From Botryllus schlosseri (lineage: Eukaryota): a stretch of 64,000 nt of DNA. This document shows positions 60,389 through 64,000 of this stretch, piece by piece (the first letter of the stretch is position 1; every line of letters begins with the position of its first letter). The notes below the pieces were generated by a model that saw nothing but the letters and a program-made list of their open reading frames with translations, had not been told where the DNA came from and did not search any database. The stretch spans positions 14,820,001 to 14,884,000 of the forward strand of contig CM119372.1 of NCBI GenBank assembly GCA_051294905.1, written 5' to 3'. A program made the position numbers and the translations under genes.

Positions 60389-61291
60389 CACGAACTGGAG
60401 CTTTGTCTTATTTGATTAAATCGGTACTTTACCATATGACTGCCAGCAGAAAATGCATCGAAAGACCATTGGGATACTTATCATTAGTGCTTTGCTATTT
60501 TTGATTATTTGATTTGTGTATTGTCGTTAGCTGTCCACTGATTTGCATTCACTTGGTGTTAGTAAATTGCAATGACAAATTTCCTACTCTTTCGTATCTC
60601 AACTACCACATACGATGACGATCGCCCCATATATTAGAGGCAATCGAAAGGACCTTTGAGTAAAATATATCGGGCAACAGTGACATGCGGCGATCTCCGT
60701 GGTTGGTGGCGGCACTGACCCCGTCAGAGTCAAATTTACAAATATATAAACCCAAAATGGTAGCTGATTCAAGTTGACCACTTTTTTCGCCCCGGTTCCG
60801 CTCATACCAGTCCTCAAGTTTACCGGACCACGACCCGACATATCGATCTCGCCTTCCGTCACATTCTAACTCCTTTTGTCGCTTGACCATCTGCATTATT
60901 TCATTTACTCTTCATTCAATGTGCATACCTCCTCTTTACATCGCCTAGTTCCGGGTGGGTGTCTGATTTCAAAAACTGCTCCAAGTCGTTTCGACATCTT
61001 CCTATCTTTTCATTGTATCGCCATCTTGTGGTGTTTTGAAATGATGAAAATTCCTAATAAACTGAACTGAACAAGCTTCACTTATCTGTTATTGCAATAC
61101 CGCTCGCAATAAAGAAACGTATGATTCACTTTCTTTATTCATCGTAGGCTACTCGACGAAGTTATGCAACTTCCTAATTGCCGTGATCTATGAGATAACA
61201 GTGACGTATGTGTTGTATGAGTTTAATTTTGGTGCTGGACTTATAATAGTGTTTTGCACCAGATCTATGATAACATTGATAAGAGTATCAT

Positions 61292-61893
61292 CATAGTGTC
61301 CTATATGGTGTCGACACAGGCAAATCTCACGCCTCAGTGAAATTGTATCACGTCACAATTTCCATTTGGCTACAGGCAATTTGACGGTCATTTTTGACCG
61401 GCTTGACGAGCATTAAATTTGGTAAAACATGTATCAATCGAAAGCTGACTCTGCACTGATTACGAAAATATAAATTATATTCCGCTCGTGGCCCTGGAAC
61501 TCCCACAATCAGCCTCGAATTTTTCATTGTTATGGAGATCGGCATGGGGACGCAACAATGCTATCTGGCGAAACGAGAGAGTAGCTCAAGAGAAAAAGAG
61601 CCAGACAGCATTGTTCAGCATTGTTGCGTCCCAATGCTAATCTCCATAACAATGAAAAATTTGAGGCTGATTGTTGGAGTTCCAGGGCCACGAGCGGAAT
61701 AAAATTTATATTTTCGTAATCAGTGCAGAGTCAGCTTTCGATTGATACCCATTTTACCAAATTTAATGCTCGGCAAGCCGGTCAAAAATGACCGTCAAAT
61801 TGCCTGTAGCCAAATGGAAATTGTGACGTGGTACAATTTCACTGAGGCGTGAGATTTGCTTGTGTCGACAACGACACCATATAGGACACTATG
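61292..61893. mobile_element. Short P/Galileo-like foldback (near-complete 600-bp palindrome), same family as 39143-42322
   Basis: CATAGTGTCCTATATGGTGTCG.. arms of about 270 bp; 7-bp TSD GTATCAT. Confidence 0.85.
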
Positions 61894-63291
61894 GTATCAT
61901 ACATCGTTTCATATTATTATAAATCTCGACCAGTAAGTAGGACATATTCGATCAGAGTTACCATATGGTGAGAGGATTGACCACCAGTAATGTTTCCAAT
62001 CGGGAAGGAACGGCGTCTCTTATTTGGTCCCGTAGATACTGTCGAGGGTCGTCGCCCTTCATATTTGGTGCAGTGGATGACGTATTGTTCAACAGCTGTT
62101 TCTGGCGTATGTGTCTGAACTCGCCGACCTTCTTCGTAGGATGTACACCCGTGGTTCTTGAGCTTTATACTAACCGGCGGAACACTTGGACAAATAAACA
62201 AGCCTTCCCGGAACCATGAATTTTTGCTGAGTCCCAGAATTAAAATCTATAAGATCTTATCCATTACAAAAGATGACTTGTGCGGAAAGTAAACTTTAAA
62301 AAAGGGCACTATGGATGCAGGATCACAATGGTAGCCTACATCGTGAATATACATGATACATATCTCGTTTGTTGTGCTTGATATTAGTAAGCCTACACAG
62401 ATTAGTGCGAGCAGGTATATATCACCCTGTATGCATTTTAGGCGCACAGGATTGAGATTTTTAGGTTTTAGGAGGTTTGGATTCTGAAGAAGTGAGTGGG
62501 GCACATTTGGACAATTTTGCTGGGGCCCAATTTTTCAGTGATATCGAAAGGCAGATTTTACAAACAATATAAAATTCAGCAGAATGGTGCGCAGGAACAA
62601 GATCGTCACCAACCCTCCCTCGATAAAACATCCCTTGAAGTGTCACGCAATAAATCGAAGACATCAATGTGATTTTACAACGCTTTAAACCCCCTAGCCA
62701 GATAGACAACCCCCTAAAAAATTTATTCCGTGAGACGCACCCGAACACAAATTAAGTGGCATTTCTTCACGGGACAATGTTTCTCTGCGGATCGCATTTG
62801 CAATGCGGAGCACAGATTGCCAGGTCAAGAATATTAGGCACCTATGGACAAGGGCAAATTGGACAAAAAGCCGAACTTGTTGGCAGCACACTTCGCAGAG
62901 TCGCATGTTGTCAACGTCTGGGTGTGTCGTGACGCGGTAATGGCTGACGCCGAAATGCCTACTTCTATCAATTATGCGTTTTGTTTTGGGGGGAGTGGTA
63001 CCCATAGTAATTAAGGTTACCATACGTCCTCCTTTTTTCGTAAATTGAAAATGTCCTCCGACGACGCCTAAATGTCCTCTTTTTGACAATTCGTCCTCCT
63101 TTCAGCTTTTACAGCTAGGATAATGGACAGATTCAAGTGAAAATCGGCAAAGGTGAAGACCTTTTTTTATGTCGACACAACAAAATTTCCGGTAAATTTA
63201 TCAAAATCAGCTGTTTTCAATTTCAATCGACTAATAACTTTTATGTTTTGCTAAAAGTGTCCTCCTTTCCGGACTCCAAAATTCGGTAACC

Positions 63292-63813
63292 CATGGTTGT
63301 AATGACTCGAGTTGACTCGATTTTCTGATGACTCGACTTGACTCGAGTCATTTTCTCAAAATACGGAAATGAATCGACTCGACTCGAGTCAATCTGTTTA
63401 TTGGCTCGACTTGGACTCGAGTCATATGACTCGAGACTCAGACGGTCAAGACCGACATTTCATTGTAATTTCGAAGAATAATAAAGTCTCTACACTATTG
63501 GGGTTTCGTCTATTGGCACTGGTACTTTAAAATACGACCAGAAACTGTTAAAAGTGACGAAAATTAGTATATTATTAATGCGAAGCATTCGATATCAACA
63601 GGCAGAGTTGTAAAAAGTGGCATTAGCAATACTTTAACTCGAAACTGAACACAGTCTTGAACTCGGACTCGAGTCACAATACGATAACTCGGGCTCGACT
63701 CTCTGCTCGAAGGCGTGGTGAATTGAAAATGACTCGACTTGACTCGAGTCAAAACGATAAAAGTGAGATTGACTTGTGAATCGGAACCTTGTGACTTAAT
63801 GGTTACAATCCTG
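63292..63813. mobile_element. Family C GACTCGAGTC-repeat MITE, more diverged copy
   Basis: Colinear with 5958-6542; TSD not recognisable. Confidence 0.75.
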
Positions 63814-64000
63814 CTTAGTAGTATAATACGACAGTCTAGAGTGAAAATCAAAGTCTAGTTCCTTCGAACGTCAGTAAACAATCACTATCAAGTTAGTGGT
63901 CTTTAAGATGACTTCACGAGCTTCACCTTGCAGAAACATCAACGAAACCACGTATATAAATATATAATTTTTAAAAGGCAGAACTAAATGAAGTTTTCGA

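Overview
Eukaryotic (animal, probably marine invertebrate; taxon is inference) genomic DNA with spliceosomal introns, so most entries in the supplied ORF track are spurious. I assembled the exons by hand. (1) The first two exons of an UNC-93-like MFS membrane protein gene (minus strand, running off the left edge). (2) A cluster of four intact 4-exon SOUL/HEBP-family heme-binding-protein genes with identical intron phases (0,1,2). The two plus-strand paralogs have signal-peptide-like N-termini (13698-14745, 57407-60388); the two minus-strand paralogs do not (26053-37581, 42857-45392). All four have a D-box-like TTATGTAA motif within about 200 bp upstream of the ATG, and the two secreted-type genes share a 21/22-bp inverted double site. 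The rest is densely nested mobile DNA: many hAT-type MITE families with 8-bp TSDs, two decayed hAT transposase elements, P/Galileo-like foldbacks with 7-bp TSDs, a MULE-like element carrying telomere-like repeats, tRNA-derived SINEs and a truncated CR1/L2-type LINE interrupted by a 470-bp highly structured insert. Penelope-like sequences carry four minimal hammerhead ribozyme motifs with a covarying loop-II pseudoknot.
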